A DNA stretch of 64,000 nucleotides from assembly GCA_904502285.1 (NCBI GenBank), contig CAJGEC010000002.1:15126-79125 (forward strand), given 5' to 3'. The notes beneath the pieces are model-generated. The model searched no databases, was not told the origin of the DNA, and saw nothing but the letters and a program-made list of their open reading frames with translations. The position numbers and the translations under genes are program-made. Source of the stretch: an uncultured Alistipes sp. Lineage in GTDB: Bacteria > Bacteroidota > Bacteroidia > Bacteroidales > Rikenellaceae. Shown here piece by piece: positions 39,596-49,011 of the stretch. Positions within the stretch are counted from its first letter, which is position 1. Each line of letters begins with the position of its first letter.

Positions 39596-40957
39596 ATGCC
39601 AAAGATTAGAAAACCAAGAGAGCACTCTCTACTACTCAAGACTTTTAGAACATATTTGCAATACGTAAACTCGTGGCTATATTTCCGCAAGGAGCATATC
39701 GTGGGCCTGGAAAATGTACCCATCGACGGTACTCCCGTAGTCGTGGTATCTAACCACCAGAACTGCTTGAACGACCCCCTTTGTGTCTGCCTGAAACTCA
39801 CCGACCGAAGGATGAACTTCATCGCCCGTGCCAACGTATTCAAAAATCCTATATTCAACAAGGCTCTCCGCGCTATGGGTCTCTTGCCCGCCTACCGTAT
39901 GAGCCACGAGGGATTTGGCGCAATCAACAAGAACCGCGAGACAATGGACGACGCTGGTCAGGCTCTGACCGATGGCGAGACCCTCATGCTCTACCCTGAG
40001 GCCGACCACCAAGATAAACGCTGGTTGGGCAAATTCAAGTTGGGATACCTCCGCATCGCCTTCGAGGCTGCCGAGAAGATGAACTTCGAGCAAGACGTTA
40101 TGATTCTGCCCTCGTGCAACCACTACTCCAACTACTTCCACGCCCGTACAGATATGCTCATCAAGTTTGCTGAGCCTATCTCGCTCAAGCCCTACTACGA
40201 GCGATATAAGGAGTCACCTCGTGAGACTATGATGGAGGTGAATACCATCGTGCGCGACACCATACAGCAGATGATGCTCCACATCGAGGACCTCGACCAC
40301 TACGAAGAGATCGACTTTATCCGCGAGTCGGGCTACGGCAGAAAGTACGCCAAGGAGCACGGCTACAAATTCAACTATCTCCCCTCGCGCCTCCTCTCCG
40401 ACCAGAAACTCGTGGCCGAACTACAGCGAGCATACACCGAGAATAAAGAGGAGATGGAGGGCGTATATGCCGACACACGTCGCTTCTCGGAGGGACTAAA
40501 GGAACTCAACATCCGCGACTGGCTCTTCATCCACAACCCTGGCATCGAAGCACCTATACTCCGTGGATTAGGCCTTCTATTGCTCCTTCCACTATTTATC
40601 GTCTCGATAATTCCTACGGCACTTCTGTTCATCATCCCAAAGATATTCCTCAATATACTCATTAAGGACCAGATGTTTATAAGTTCGTTCAACGTAGGCG
40701 TAAGTGTCTTTGTATCAGTGCCTATTTGTTTGATTATCCCATCTATACTATTGTGGATATTTGCTGGATTCTGGTGGGCCTTGGGCTACTTCGTGGCCTT
40801 TCCGTTTATGTTTGTCTTGGCGTGGAACTTTATGCGAATGTTCCAGAAGTTTATGGGCTCTTGCCGCTTCGTAGCAAGAAAGAATCGCGATAAAGTTTCG
40901 AAACTCAAGGAGATCCGACAGAGAATATTCTCTCAACTCGACAAGTTGATCAACTAA
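39596..40957 (+). CDS. Glycerol-3-phosphate/lysophospholipid acyltransferase family protein
   Basis: SNHQNCLND, FIARANVF, LYPE; C-terminal TM segments; TATATTTG box at 39568-39575. Confidence 0.85.
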   Translation: MPKIRKPREHSLLLKTFRTYLQYVNSWLYFRKEHIVGLENVPIDGTPVVVVSNHQNCLNDPLCVCLKLTDRRMNFIARANVFKNPIFNKALRAMGLLPAYRMSHEGFGAINKNRETMDDAGQALTDGETLMLYPEADHQDKRWLGKFKLGYLRIAFEAAEKMNFEQDVMILPSCNHYSNYFHARTDMLIKFAEPISLKPYYERYKESPRETMMEVNTIVRDTIQQMMLHIEDLDHYEEIDFIRESGYGRKYAKEHGYKFNYLPSRLLSDQKLVAELQRAYTENKEEMEGVYADTRRFSEGLKELNIRDWLFIHNPGIEAPILRGLGLLLLLPLFIVSIIPTALLFIIPKIFLNILIKDQMFISSFNVGVSVFVSVPICLIIPSILLWIFAGFWWALGYFVAFPFMFVLAWNFMRMFQKFMGSCRFVARKNRDKVSKLKEIRQRIFSQLDKLIN

Positions 40958-40958
40958 T

Positions 40959-41711
40959 ATGAAACGTGCGATAATCATAGGAGCAACCTCAGGCTTAGGC
41001 CGCGAGGTTGCTCGTGCTCTTGCCTCACAAGGTGTCGTCGTAGGCATCGCTGGCCGACGTGCTGAGCGTCTGGAGGAGCTACAACAGGAGTTCGGACAGG
41101 AGAGGGTACATATTGCCACGATGGACGTAACTACCGAGAAGGCCATAGCACAACTCGACGACCTAATCGCAAAGGTTGGCGACCCTGACCTCCTACTCTA
41201 CGCCTCAGGCATAGGCAAGCAAAACCCAAACCTCGACGCGGCGATAGAGCTTAACACCGTAGCAACAAACTCTGTGGGTATGGTACGCCTCGTGGTTCAC
41301 TTCCTAAACTACGTGAAGGGGGCGGCATCATACAACGCCAAACACAAGGCACATATCGCCGTTATTAGTTCGGTGGCAGGCACTAAGGGTATGGGCTCGG
41401 CACCCGCCTACTCGGCAACGAAGTCGATGCAAAGCACATACCTTTCGGCTCTTGCGCAGTATGTGCGTATGTACGACATACCAGCACTCTTTAGCGATAT
41501 CCGACCAGGCTTTGTGGCGACAGAGATCCTTAACCCTGAGAAGCACTACCCTATGCTAATGACCACAGCACAAGCCACTCGCCACATTCTGCAAGGGCTA
41601 AAGCGAAAAAGACGCGTGATTATCTTCGACTGGCGATTTAGGCTGATAGTGTTCTTCTGGCGACTAATTCCACGTTGCCTCTGGGAGCGACTCACGTTCG
41701 TAAAAAATTAG
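40959..41711 (+). CDS. Short-chain dehydrogenase/reductase
   Basis: GATSGLG, ISSVAG, catalytic YSATK, PGFVAT. Confidence 0.92.
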   Translation: MKRAIIIGATSGLGREVARALASQGVVVGIAGRRAERLEELQQEFGQERVHIATMDVTTEKAIAQLDDLIAKVGDPDLLLYASGIGKQNPNLDAAIELNTVATNSVGMVRLVVHFLNYVKGAASYNAKHKAHIAVISSVAGTKGMGSAPAYSATKSMQSTYLSALAQYVRMYDIPALFSDIRPGFVATEILNPEKHYPMLMTTAQATRHILQGLKRKRRVIIFDWRFRLIVFFWRLIPRCLWERLTFVKN

Positions 41712-41721
41712 CTGAACAAAT

Positions 41722-41751
41722 AAGAGCTACCTAAACAGTTAGGTAGCTCTT
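41722..41751. terminator. Bidirectional terminator between the convergent SDR and AraC genes
   Basis: AAGAGCTACCTAA-acag-TTAGGTAGCTCTT, 13-bp perfect stem. Confidence 0.78.
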
Positions 41752-41755
41752 TATT

Positions 41756-42271
41756 CTATATCGACTTACTACTCTGGTTACTCTGTAGGCTCTTCTTAAG
41801 TCGCCCTGGCGAAGTACCATAATAATACTTGAAGACCGAGATAAAGTAGGAGGTATTGTTATAGCAACACAGACGCGCTAACTCCGTGGTGGATATGTTG
41901 GCATTAAGCAAGATGTCACGCGCAAGTTTCATACGGTGTTGCACAAACCATAGATGGGGAGATAACCCCATACGCTCCCTGAAGCGACGCTTGAAGGTGG
42001 AGGGCGAAAGACAACATATCTCAGCCAATTCATTTATCGGAGCATTATGGCGAATACCGTAGTTCAGAGCCTGATGAAAACGCTCCTCCTCGCGCTGATC
42101 ATAGACCTTGAACTTACCATTCATATTGATATTAAATCTAATAACCATCTCGCCCTGCATCCCCTCATTACTGAGGTCTACACTGACACACTCTTCTACT
42201 CTTTGAGGCATATCATCCATACACTCTTCATCCACCCTACACAGGGTATCTACACTTGCACGACTACTCAT
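41756..42271 (-). CDS. Short AraC-family transcriptional regulator
   Basis: ELAEICCLSPSTFKRRF and YNNTSYFISVFKYYYGTSP HTH pair; TAAATTTG box at 42322-42329. Confidence 0.85.
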   Translation of the reverse strand: MSSRASVDTLCRVDEECMDDMPQRVEECVSVDLSNEGMQGEMVIRFNINMNGKFKVYDQREEERFHQALNYGIRHNAPINELAEICCLSPSTFKRRFRERMGLSPHLWFVQHRMKLARDILLNANISTTELARLCCYNNTSYFISVFKYYYGTSPGRLKKSLQSNQSSKSI

Positions 42272-42535
42272 CTAAGTTATCTTTTATCAGGCCTTACGAC
42301 CTTATCCTTAATTGACTTGCACAAATTTATAGAAAATTATTTATACTAAAAATCGATTTTTATGCTAAACTGCAATATGACCTTTATACAATATAAAATA
42401 TATGTTTATATTGTATTTTTGGATCTAAATTTCCTCAACCACCCCACTTTTTGTGAGTAATCTCAAAAAAAATAGCCATAACTACCTCTTGGTAGCTACG
42501 GCATTATTCTACTATTTTTATGCGACCGTAAAAAA

Positions 42536-43294
42536 CTAAAGGGAAATCACAACAGCTCCATCGGCTATCTCCTTACTGCAAATCCTACGGTTTTGAATAT
42601 CCACCTCCATAGCGTGAACTATGCCCGACTTCTCTACCGTTGCACGATATCTTCCATCGGGAGGGAGTATCTTATACCTATTCTCGACATCAACCACACC
42701 ATTGAACGAGTTACCTACGACAACGTAACGATGACCCAATAGTTCTGCTACGCGCTCCATATCACCCGCCGAAATCACCTCGCGCACTACCGTAGAACTA
42801 ACCTTAGCTCCATCAAGGCGATGTTGCGGTACACACTCAAGTTCAAACTTATATGTTTCGGCCATAGGCACAAGACGCTCGTAGTTACCCTCGCTACCAC
42901 GACCCAAGCGGTGGTTATATCCCACAATCATACCACACATACCAAGCCTCGCCACAAGGCTATTAGCCACGAAGTCGCTATATGGTTGCATACGGAACTC
43001 CTCGTCGAAGTGCGCAACGACAAGGTGGTCAATACCCTCTGCCTCAAGGAGTAGGGCTCGCTCCTCAACAGTAGTAAGCAGACCCATACCCTCATCTCGC
43101 CCCATAGCGATACGTGGGTGGGGGTCGAAGGTGACAACGACACTCTCAGCATCGAGCCTACGGGCCATAGCCTTAAGGTGGTCCAAAAGGATGCGATGAC
43201 CCTCGTGAACACCATCGAACGATCCAATGGTGACCACACGCCTCCTATCGGAGCTGAGCGCCTCGAAGCCATATTTAATGATAGAACTCTTCAC
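42536..43294 (-). CDS. ribF: RibF-like FAD synthetase (FMN adenylyltransferase) with degenerate riboflavin-kinase domain
   Basis: IGSFDGVHEGH, TFDPHP, VGYNHRLG, VSSTVVRE present; no PTAN kinase motif; GTG start. Confidence 0.8.
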   Translation of the reverse strand: MKSSIIKYGFEALSSDRRRVVTIGSFDGVHEGHRILLDHLKAMARRLDAESVVVTFDPHPRIAMGRDEGMGLLTTVEERALLLEAEGIDHLVVAHFDEEFRMQPYSDFVANSLVARLGMCGMIVGYNHRLGRGSEGNYERLVPMAETYKFELECVPQHRLDGAKVSSTVVREVISAGDMERVAELLGHRYVVVGNSFNGVVDVENRYKILPPDGRYRATVEKSGIVHAMEVDIQNRRICSKEIADGAVVISL

Positions 43295-43316
43295 CCTCGG
43301 TCAATACCTATATATA

Positions 43317-43961
43317 TTATGCGTTCTCCTCGGCAACCTTAACGAAATAGGCCACCTTCTCCAGTAGGGTTGTGATATCGTAATTCTCTACGACAATACC
43401 CTGGGGGAAGTTCAGAGGGGCAGAGGTGAAGTTAAGCACACCCTTAATACCTGCGTTGATGATTGGCAGTACGAGGGTCGATGCCACAGATGTTGGTGAC
43501 GAGACGATGACAATGCTGATATCAAGCTCCTCAACGCGCTCCTCGAACTGATCAATATGGTAGCAAGGGATATTGTCGATAGTCTTACCCACCTTATTCT
43601 CATCGATATCAAAAGCCGCGGTGATGCGCAACTTAAGACCCTTGCCATTGAAATACTTGGTCACAGCCTGGCCGAGGTGACCCATACCGATAATGGCCAT
43701 ATTCATCGTGTTCTGACTATAGAGGATGCCATCGATAAAGTCGATAAGCACCTTGACGTCGTAGCCCTTCTTGGTATCCGACGAGAAACCAATGAGCATA
43801 AGGTCGCGACGCACCTGTACCGCAGTGATGCCGTGCATACCTGCCAAGACGTGCGAAAAGATATGGGTGATGCCCTGAGCGTGGCACTTGATGAGTGTTC
43901 TGCGATACTCGCTGAGTCGCTCTATGGTCTTCTCGGGTATGGATGATGATATATTAGCCAT
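43317..43961 (-). CDS. rex: Redox-sensing transcriptional repressor Rex
   Basis: IPEKTIERLSEY, VQVRRDL, GYDV, GMGHLGQA, GVLNFT. Confidence 0.94.
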   Translation of the reverse strand: MANISSSIPEKTIERLSEYRRTLIKCHAQGITHIFSHVLAGMHGITAVQVRRDLMLIGFSSDTKKGYDVKVLIDFIDGILYSQNTMNMAIIGMGHLGQAVTKYFNGKGLKLRITAAFDIDENKVGKTIDNIPCYHIDQFEERVEELDISIVIVSSPTSVASTLVLPIINAGIKGVLNFTSAPLNFPQGIVVENYDITTLLEKVAYFVKVAEENA

Positions 43962-43994
43962 TCCTATTTATTTGGTTATTTACCTTAAGCCCAA

Positions 43995-46043
43995 CTATTT
44001 AGCCGTAATGGTAAAGTTAGAGTTATACTGCTCGCCTGTCCAGTGGCAGTTCTGGTAGATGCCATCCTTGAACTCGAAACGATAGGTCGTAGAGAGTGGT
44101 GTGAAATACTCCTCGAAGATAGTGCCGTCGATGCCCGTAAACATCTTACGACAGAAGATCATCGCAGCATCGTAACCACGGTACGAGTACATCGAAGGCA
44201 GAGCATTATAGGCCTTCACGTAGCGACCATCAAAGAGACGTACCACCTCGTTGCTACGACTCGCAAAGTAGGGCGAGAAGAAGATTATGTTGTTGCGGAA
44301 GAAGGACTGCTTATCAATATTGTTGCTCTGCTTCCACTTGCGGTTACCCACAACGACATAGTCGCCGAAGTTGATACTACGTGCTACGATAGCCAAACGT
44401 GTCGAGGCCAGCGTGGTGAGGATTCTATCTACGTCGGTCTCATTTGCCGAGGCGATAATAAAGGTCTTGTGCGTCGGTGTGCGCATAAACTCCGTGATGT
44501 CTACCTCCTCGCCATTCGAGCCATCGCCCCTACGGTTATAGAAGAAGGCTCCACGGTCGAAGACGAAGTTGAGGTTAGTGCGCGTAGGTGACTCCACAAG
44601 TCCCTCTATCTCAGCCATAAAGTCCTTATCCGAAGCATTGGCATAGATTGTCACAATCTCCTTCGACGCATCGAAAAGCGAGGTAAATCTATCATACTTA
44701 CACTCTGGCTCGGCATGCATCTGGAACAATACGGGGCTCTTTATCGACTCGTTATCTGCCAATGGCGAGACCACAGGTATCTCATTCTGCTCGGCCATAC
44801 CTACCACGTGGCGCAACTCATCCTCGTAGACAGGGCCTATGATAAGTTGGGCATCAAGGACACCCTCTTCGTAGCTCACGAGGTCGATTATGCGGTCTAT
44901 GCTGCTATAGGTGTCGAAGACCGAGAGTTCTATGTCGTAGCCCTCGCTCTTCAAATCCTCCATCGCCAAAAGCATACCGTTGTAGAAATCAACGAAATAG
45001 GGATTCACCTTATTGTTGATATGGAACGGAAGCATCAGCGCCACCTTGAGCGTATGGTGCATACTAAGTGGCGGGAACTCCACTTCGATAGGCACTATGT
45101 CGCTCTGGGCCTCTCCCTCAAAAATATCCACGGGGTGGAGGCTGTCGGCACTCATACCGACATCAATAAGTCCCTCGTCGCTCTCATCCTTTGCATCACC
45201 CTCCTGTCGGCCTCGCTCACGCTCCTTACGACGTGTCTCCTGTGGAGTCTCCTCCTCAGCGACGATATCAACAACGGTCTCGATGACCTCAACAGCCTGA
45301 GGCTCCTGAAGTGGCTTTATGCGAATGACCATACCCGCCTTGAGGTCTGCTGTAGTTTGCAAGTTATTCAACTTCATCAACTCCTCCTCGCTAACGCCGT
45401 ATGCGCGCGAGAGTGAGTAGATGGTTTCACCAATGGTTACTTTATGCTCCTGCCACTTCGTTTCAACACCTTGGTTTACAACCTCTTCCACCACAGCATT
45501 GGTCGCAATATTGCGATCCTTGAGTTCCTTCTCAATCTCCGCAGTAGTGGCATAGCCCCTATCCGTACGGCGCACCTTTATCTGGTCGCCAATAGCCAAC
45601 TTATCGAGTTCTATCTCTGGGTTATCCGCTTCGAGAATCTGTAACGATATTTTGTATTTGCGAGCGATGGAGTAGAGCGTATCGCCCGCCTTAACCTCGT
45701 GGATGAGAAACTTCTTCGACAACTTACTCTCACCCTCCTGCCTATCTGCATCGAGGCTCACCTTGCGCTCACTACCATACGTCTTGCTCTTGGTGCGAGG
45801 GATAAGGATATAGTCATCGGCGCGCAATGAGGATGCCGTGAGGCCCACATTGCTGTCGATAATCTGTAGCTCCGTGACACCGTAGGCCTTAGCAAGGGCA
45901 TAGAGCGTCTGGCCACTCTCCACCCTATGTTTGTAGTACTCCTTGCCATTAAGGTTTACCACAATATTCGAGGGCTCAATAGCCGAGGCCACTACAGCGA
46001 TGGCCACAAAGAGCAGTGTAAGAAGTCTTCTAAGGTTTCTCAT
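43995..46043 (-). CDS. Secreted protein with three LysM domains and a C-terminal periplasmic-binding-protein-like domain
   Basis: HRVESGQTLYAL, HEVKAGDTLYSI, HKVTIGETIYSL; VALMLPF, DFYNG, LIIGPVY, GYDAA. Confidence 0.88.
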   Translation of the reverse strand: MRNLRRLLTLLFVAIAVVASAIEPSNIVVNLNGKEYYKHRVESGQTLYALAKAYGVTELQIIDSNVGLTASSLRADDYILIPRTKSKTYGSERKVSLDADRQEGESKLSKKFLIHEVKAGDTLYSIARKYKISLQILEADNPEIELDKLAIGDQIKVRRTDRGYATTAEIEKELKDRNIATNAVVEEVVNQGVETKWQEHKVTIGETIYSLSRAYGVSEEELMKLNNLQTTADLKAGMVIRIKPLQEPQAVEVIETVVDIVAEEETPQETRRKERERGRQEGDAKDESDEGLIDVGMSADSLHPVDIFEGEAQSDIVPIEVEFPPLSMHHTLKVALMLPFHINNKVNPYFVDFYNGMLLAMEDLKSEGYDIELSVFDTYSSIDRIIDLVSYEEGVLDAQLIIGPVYEDELRHVVGMAEQNEIPVVSPLADNESIKSPVLFQMHAEPECKYDRFTSLFDASKEIVTIYANASDKDFMAEIEGLVESPTRTNLNFVFDRGAFFYNRRGDGSNGEEVDITEFMRTPTHKTFIIASANETDVDRILTTLASTRLAIVARSINFGDYVVVGNRKWKQSNNIDKQSFFRNNIIFFSPYFASRSNEVVRLFDGRYVKAYNALPSMYSYRGYDAAMIFCRKMFTGIDGTIFEEYFTPLSTTYRFEFKDGIYQNCHWTGEQYNSNFTITAK

Positions 46044-46056
46044 TGAGCGTTTCTAA

Positions 46057-46818
46057 CTATTTTATTCTGAGGCGTATCTCGGTGATTACCTTCTTGGTGT
46101 ATTGTGGGAAGTTACCATCCATCATCCACGAGTAGTAGCTTGGCTCCTTGCGGAAGATCTCCTCCACGCTACAACCCTTATATTTACCGAAGGTAAAGAC
46201 CTCTTCGCCCTTATCATTCAGCGCAATGCGGCCCGCAAAATCTACGATGGCACCATTCGACGAAAACTCTGCAAGCTCCTCCACCGTCGAGCCGATGTCG
46301 GGATAGCGAGCAATCTGCGCCTCAAGCACCTCGTAGGTGGCCATAGTGTCGGCCTCGGCAGAGTGTGCATTCTCCAAATCCTTGTCGCAGTAGAACTTAT
46401 AGGCTGCAACCAACGTGCGTTGCTCCTTGCGGTGGAAGATGGTCTGCACATCTACAAACTTGCGCTTGCGGAAGTCCACATCGACACCCGCGCGCATAAA
46501 CTCCTCGACAAGCAGGGGCAGGTCGAAACGGTTGGAGTTGAAGCCACCGAAGTCACAACCCTCGATAAACTGGGCCAGCGACTTAGCAATCTGCTTGAAT
46601 GTAGGCTCCCCTGCTACATCCTCATCCGTGATGCCGTGGACTGCCGTAGCCTCCTCTGGAATGTGGCACTCAGGATTGATACGGCGTGTCTTAACTATCT
46701 TCTTACCATCGACCTCAATCTTTATCATCGATATCTCGACAATACGATCCGAAGCCGAATCGACACCCGTAGTCTCCAAGTCGAAGAATACAATGGGGCG
46801 ATTAAGTTTTAGATTCAT
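46057..46818 (-). CDS. dnaQ: DEDDh 3'-5' exonuclease, DNA polymerase III epsilon-like
   Basis: FDLETTG, GFNSNRFD, AHSAEAD; lies directly after dnaN. Confidence 0.88.
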   Translation of the reverse strand: MNLKLNRPIVFFDLETTGVDSASDRIVEISMIKIEVDGKKIVKTRRINPECHIPEEATAVHGITDEDVAGEPTFKQIAKSLAQFIEGCDFGGFNSNRFDLPLLVEEFMRAGVDVDFRKRKFVDVQTIFHRKEQRTLVAAYKFYCDKDLENAHSAEADTMATYEVLEAQIARYPDIGSTVEELAEFSSNGAIVDFAGRIALNDKGEEVFTFGKYKGCSVEEIFRKEPSYYSWMMDGNFPQYTKKVITEIRLRIK

Positions 46819-46849
46819 ACCCTATAACTTCTCTATAGTCTACCCCGAC

Positions 46850-47977
46850 CTATGCGTTGATCATCATTGGCATCAACAACATCAACACCTCGCCAGCGTG
46901 CTTGTCGTCGTAAACAGGCTTAAAGACACCTGCGCGTGTAGAGTCTGCCAACTCAATCATCACGGTTGGGGTGTCGATATTCGACAAGATCTCCACGAGG
47001 AAGGTAGACTTGAAGCCGATGGTCACAGGCTGGCCATCGTAGCTGCAAGAGATTGTCTCGTTAGCCGATACCGAGAAGTCGAGATCCTGAGCAGCAAGGC
47101 TGATTCGGTTGTTTGCGATATCCATACGGATAAGGTTGGTGGTAGGGTTCGAGCAGACTGCCACACGCTTGATACCATTCACCAGCTCAACACGATCTAC
47201 GAGCACCTTATTAGGGTTAGCCGTTGGGATTACAGCGTTGTAGTTAGGGTAGTTACCCTCGATAAGACGGCACACGAACTTATGGTTCTTGAGTTCGAAG
47301 GTCACGTTCTTTGCATCGAAGGTGATGCGAATAGGCTCCTCCTCCTTGAGCAACACGTTCTTAAGCAAGTTTGCAGGCTTCTTAGGAAGGATGAACGATG
47401 CGTTGAAGTCTACGTCGGCACACTCCGAAACCGAGCGCACGAGCTTATGAGCATCTGTAGCCACGAAGGTCACCTTGCCCTCCTCGAAGTTGAAGTAGAC
47501 ACCATTCATCACTGGGCGCAACTCATCGTCAGCGGTAGCAAAGATGGTCTTGTTGATACCAGCGATAAGCACATCCACATCCATAAGAATCTCCTTATGC
47601 TCAGCACCGATGGTCTGCATAGCAGGGTAACTTACAGGGCTTGCACCAGGAATTGAGAGCGAACCACTCGCCCAGCGCACCTTAATCTCCCAAGTTGAGT
47701 CGTTCACGTCGAACTCAAGAGGCATCTCAGGGAACTCCTTGAGCGAGTCGAGCATAAGCTTGCCTGGAGCAGCAACAACGCCCTCGCGCTCAACACCATC
47801 CACGGTGAGATGACCTACCAAAGTGGTCTCAAGGTCAGAGGTAGTCACAGTGAGTTCGTTTCCCTTGAGTTCGAGGAGGAAGTAGTCGAGGATAGGAAGG
47901 GTATTCTTGTTGCTGATAACCTTGCCTGTAGTTGCCAAGAGTGAAAGCAATGCAGAGCTTGATACTGTAAATTTCAT
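46850..47977 (-). CDS. dnaN: DNA polymerase III beta sliding clamp
   Basis: LPILD, RPVMNGV, VATDAHKL, RLIEGNYPNY, LLMPM. Confidence 0.97.
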   Translation of the reverse strand: MKFTVSSSALLSLLATTGKVISNKNTLPILDYFLLELKGNELTVTTSDLETTLVGHLTVDGVEREGVVAAPGKLMLDSLKEFPEMPLEFDVNDSTWEIKVRWASGSLSIPGASPVSYPAMQTIGAEHKEILMDVDVLIAGINKTIFATADDELRPVMNGVYFNFEEGKVTFVATDAHKLVRSVSECADVDFNASFILPKKPANLLKNVLLKEEEPIRITFDAKNVTFELKNHKFVCRLIEGNYPNYNAVIPTANPNKVLVDRVELVNGIKRVAVCSNPTTNLIRMDIANNRISLAAQDLDFSVSANETISCSYDGQPVTIGFKSTFLVEILSNIDTPTVMIELADSTRAGVFKPVYDDKHAGEVLMLLMPMMINA

Positions 47978-48016
47978 AATTTTAGTCGTTTTATTTTGTT
48001 TATATTTTACTCTATA

Positions 48017-48892
48017 CTAAAGTGTTGCAAGTTTGTCGAGCGCCATCTCAATCATACGGCGCACAAAGGGTTTATAGTCGGTGCAGGCATCCTTAGCCAC
48101 ACGTTGTGCAATGATTGTGCATATAGTGGCTGCTCTGTGACCCATAAGCGAGGCGAGACCCGCCAAGGCCGAGCCCTCCATCTCGAAGTTGGTGATGCGA
48201 CGGTCTCCGAACTTGAACGACTCTATCTTCTTGTTGAGGTCGAGGTCGTGTGGTTGGAGACGCACCCATCGACCCTGTGGGGCGTAGAAGCCTGGAGCGG
48301 CGATGGTGATACCCTCACGTGTAGAATCCTTGAAAAGGTCGTAAAGAGCCTTGTCGGCATCTACGAAGTATGGTGCAGGGAGTTTCTCGTACCACCCCGT
48401 ATGCTCCATAAAGGCACGCTCAAGGTCGAGGTCGCAGACGCTATCTCGTCCAGCATAGTACGATATAAGGCCATCGAAGCCGAGCGATGTGCGCGAGAAG
48501 ATTACCTCACCCACCTCGATATCCTCCTGAATAGCACCCGACGTACCAAGACGCACGAGGGTCAATTTCTTAAATTCAGGTTTCACCTGACGGGTAGCAA
48601 AATCGATATTTGCCAAGGCGTCGAGCTCCGTAACACAGATGTCGATATTGCCGATACCGATACCCGTAGACATCACCGTCATACGCTTGCCCTTATATGT
48701 ACCTGTGACGGTAAGGAACTCTCGGTTTGCCACCTCACACTCCTTAGTCTCGAAATATTCCGAGATCAAGGCTACACGGCCTGGGTCACCCACTAAGATA
48801 ACCACGTCGGCAAGTTGTTCGGGCTTTAGATGGAGATGGAAAATTGAGCCATCACCATTGATAATCAACTCTGAAGATGGTATAGTTCTCAT
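48017..48892 (-). CDS. Nucleoside phosphorylase (uridine phosphorylase family)
   Basis: VGDPGRV, STGIG, RLGTSG, GFYAPQGR, NFEME. Confidence 0.92.
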   Translation of the reverse strand: MRTIPSSELIINGDGSIFHLHLKPEQLADVVILVGDPGRVALISEYFETKECEVANREFLTVTGTYKGKRMTVMSTGIGIGNIDICVTELDALANIDFATRQVKPEFKKLTLVRLGTSGAIQEDIEVGEVIFSRTSLGFDGLISYYAGRDSVCDLDLERAFMEHTGWYEKLPAPYFVDADKALYDLFKDSTREGITIAAPGFYAPQGRWVRLQPHDLDLNKKIESFKFGDRRITNFEMEGSALAGLASLMGHRAATICTIIAQRVAKDACTDYKPFVRRMIEMALDKLATL

Positions 48893-49011
48893 AATCGCCG
48901 ATAATTTATTCTAAAATATTTTTAATATTCGCGTAAAATTAATAATTTTGTCGAAGATAGCAAAACTTTTGCCCCGTTTTTTCAAGTAACGATAGTAAAT
49001 TACCATTGCGT

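Noticed and set aside
46415..48796. 413-aa plus-strand ORF over dnaQ/dnaN and 266-aa ORF over the nucleoside phosphorylase
   Set aside because: Antisense shadows of conserved genes with no family signal. The same applies to 31569-32414 and the other short overlapping ORFs.
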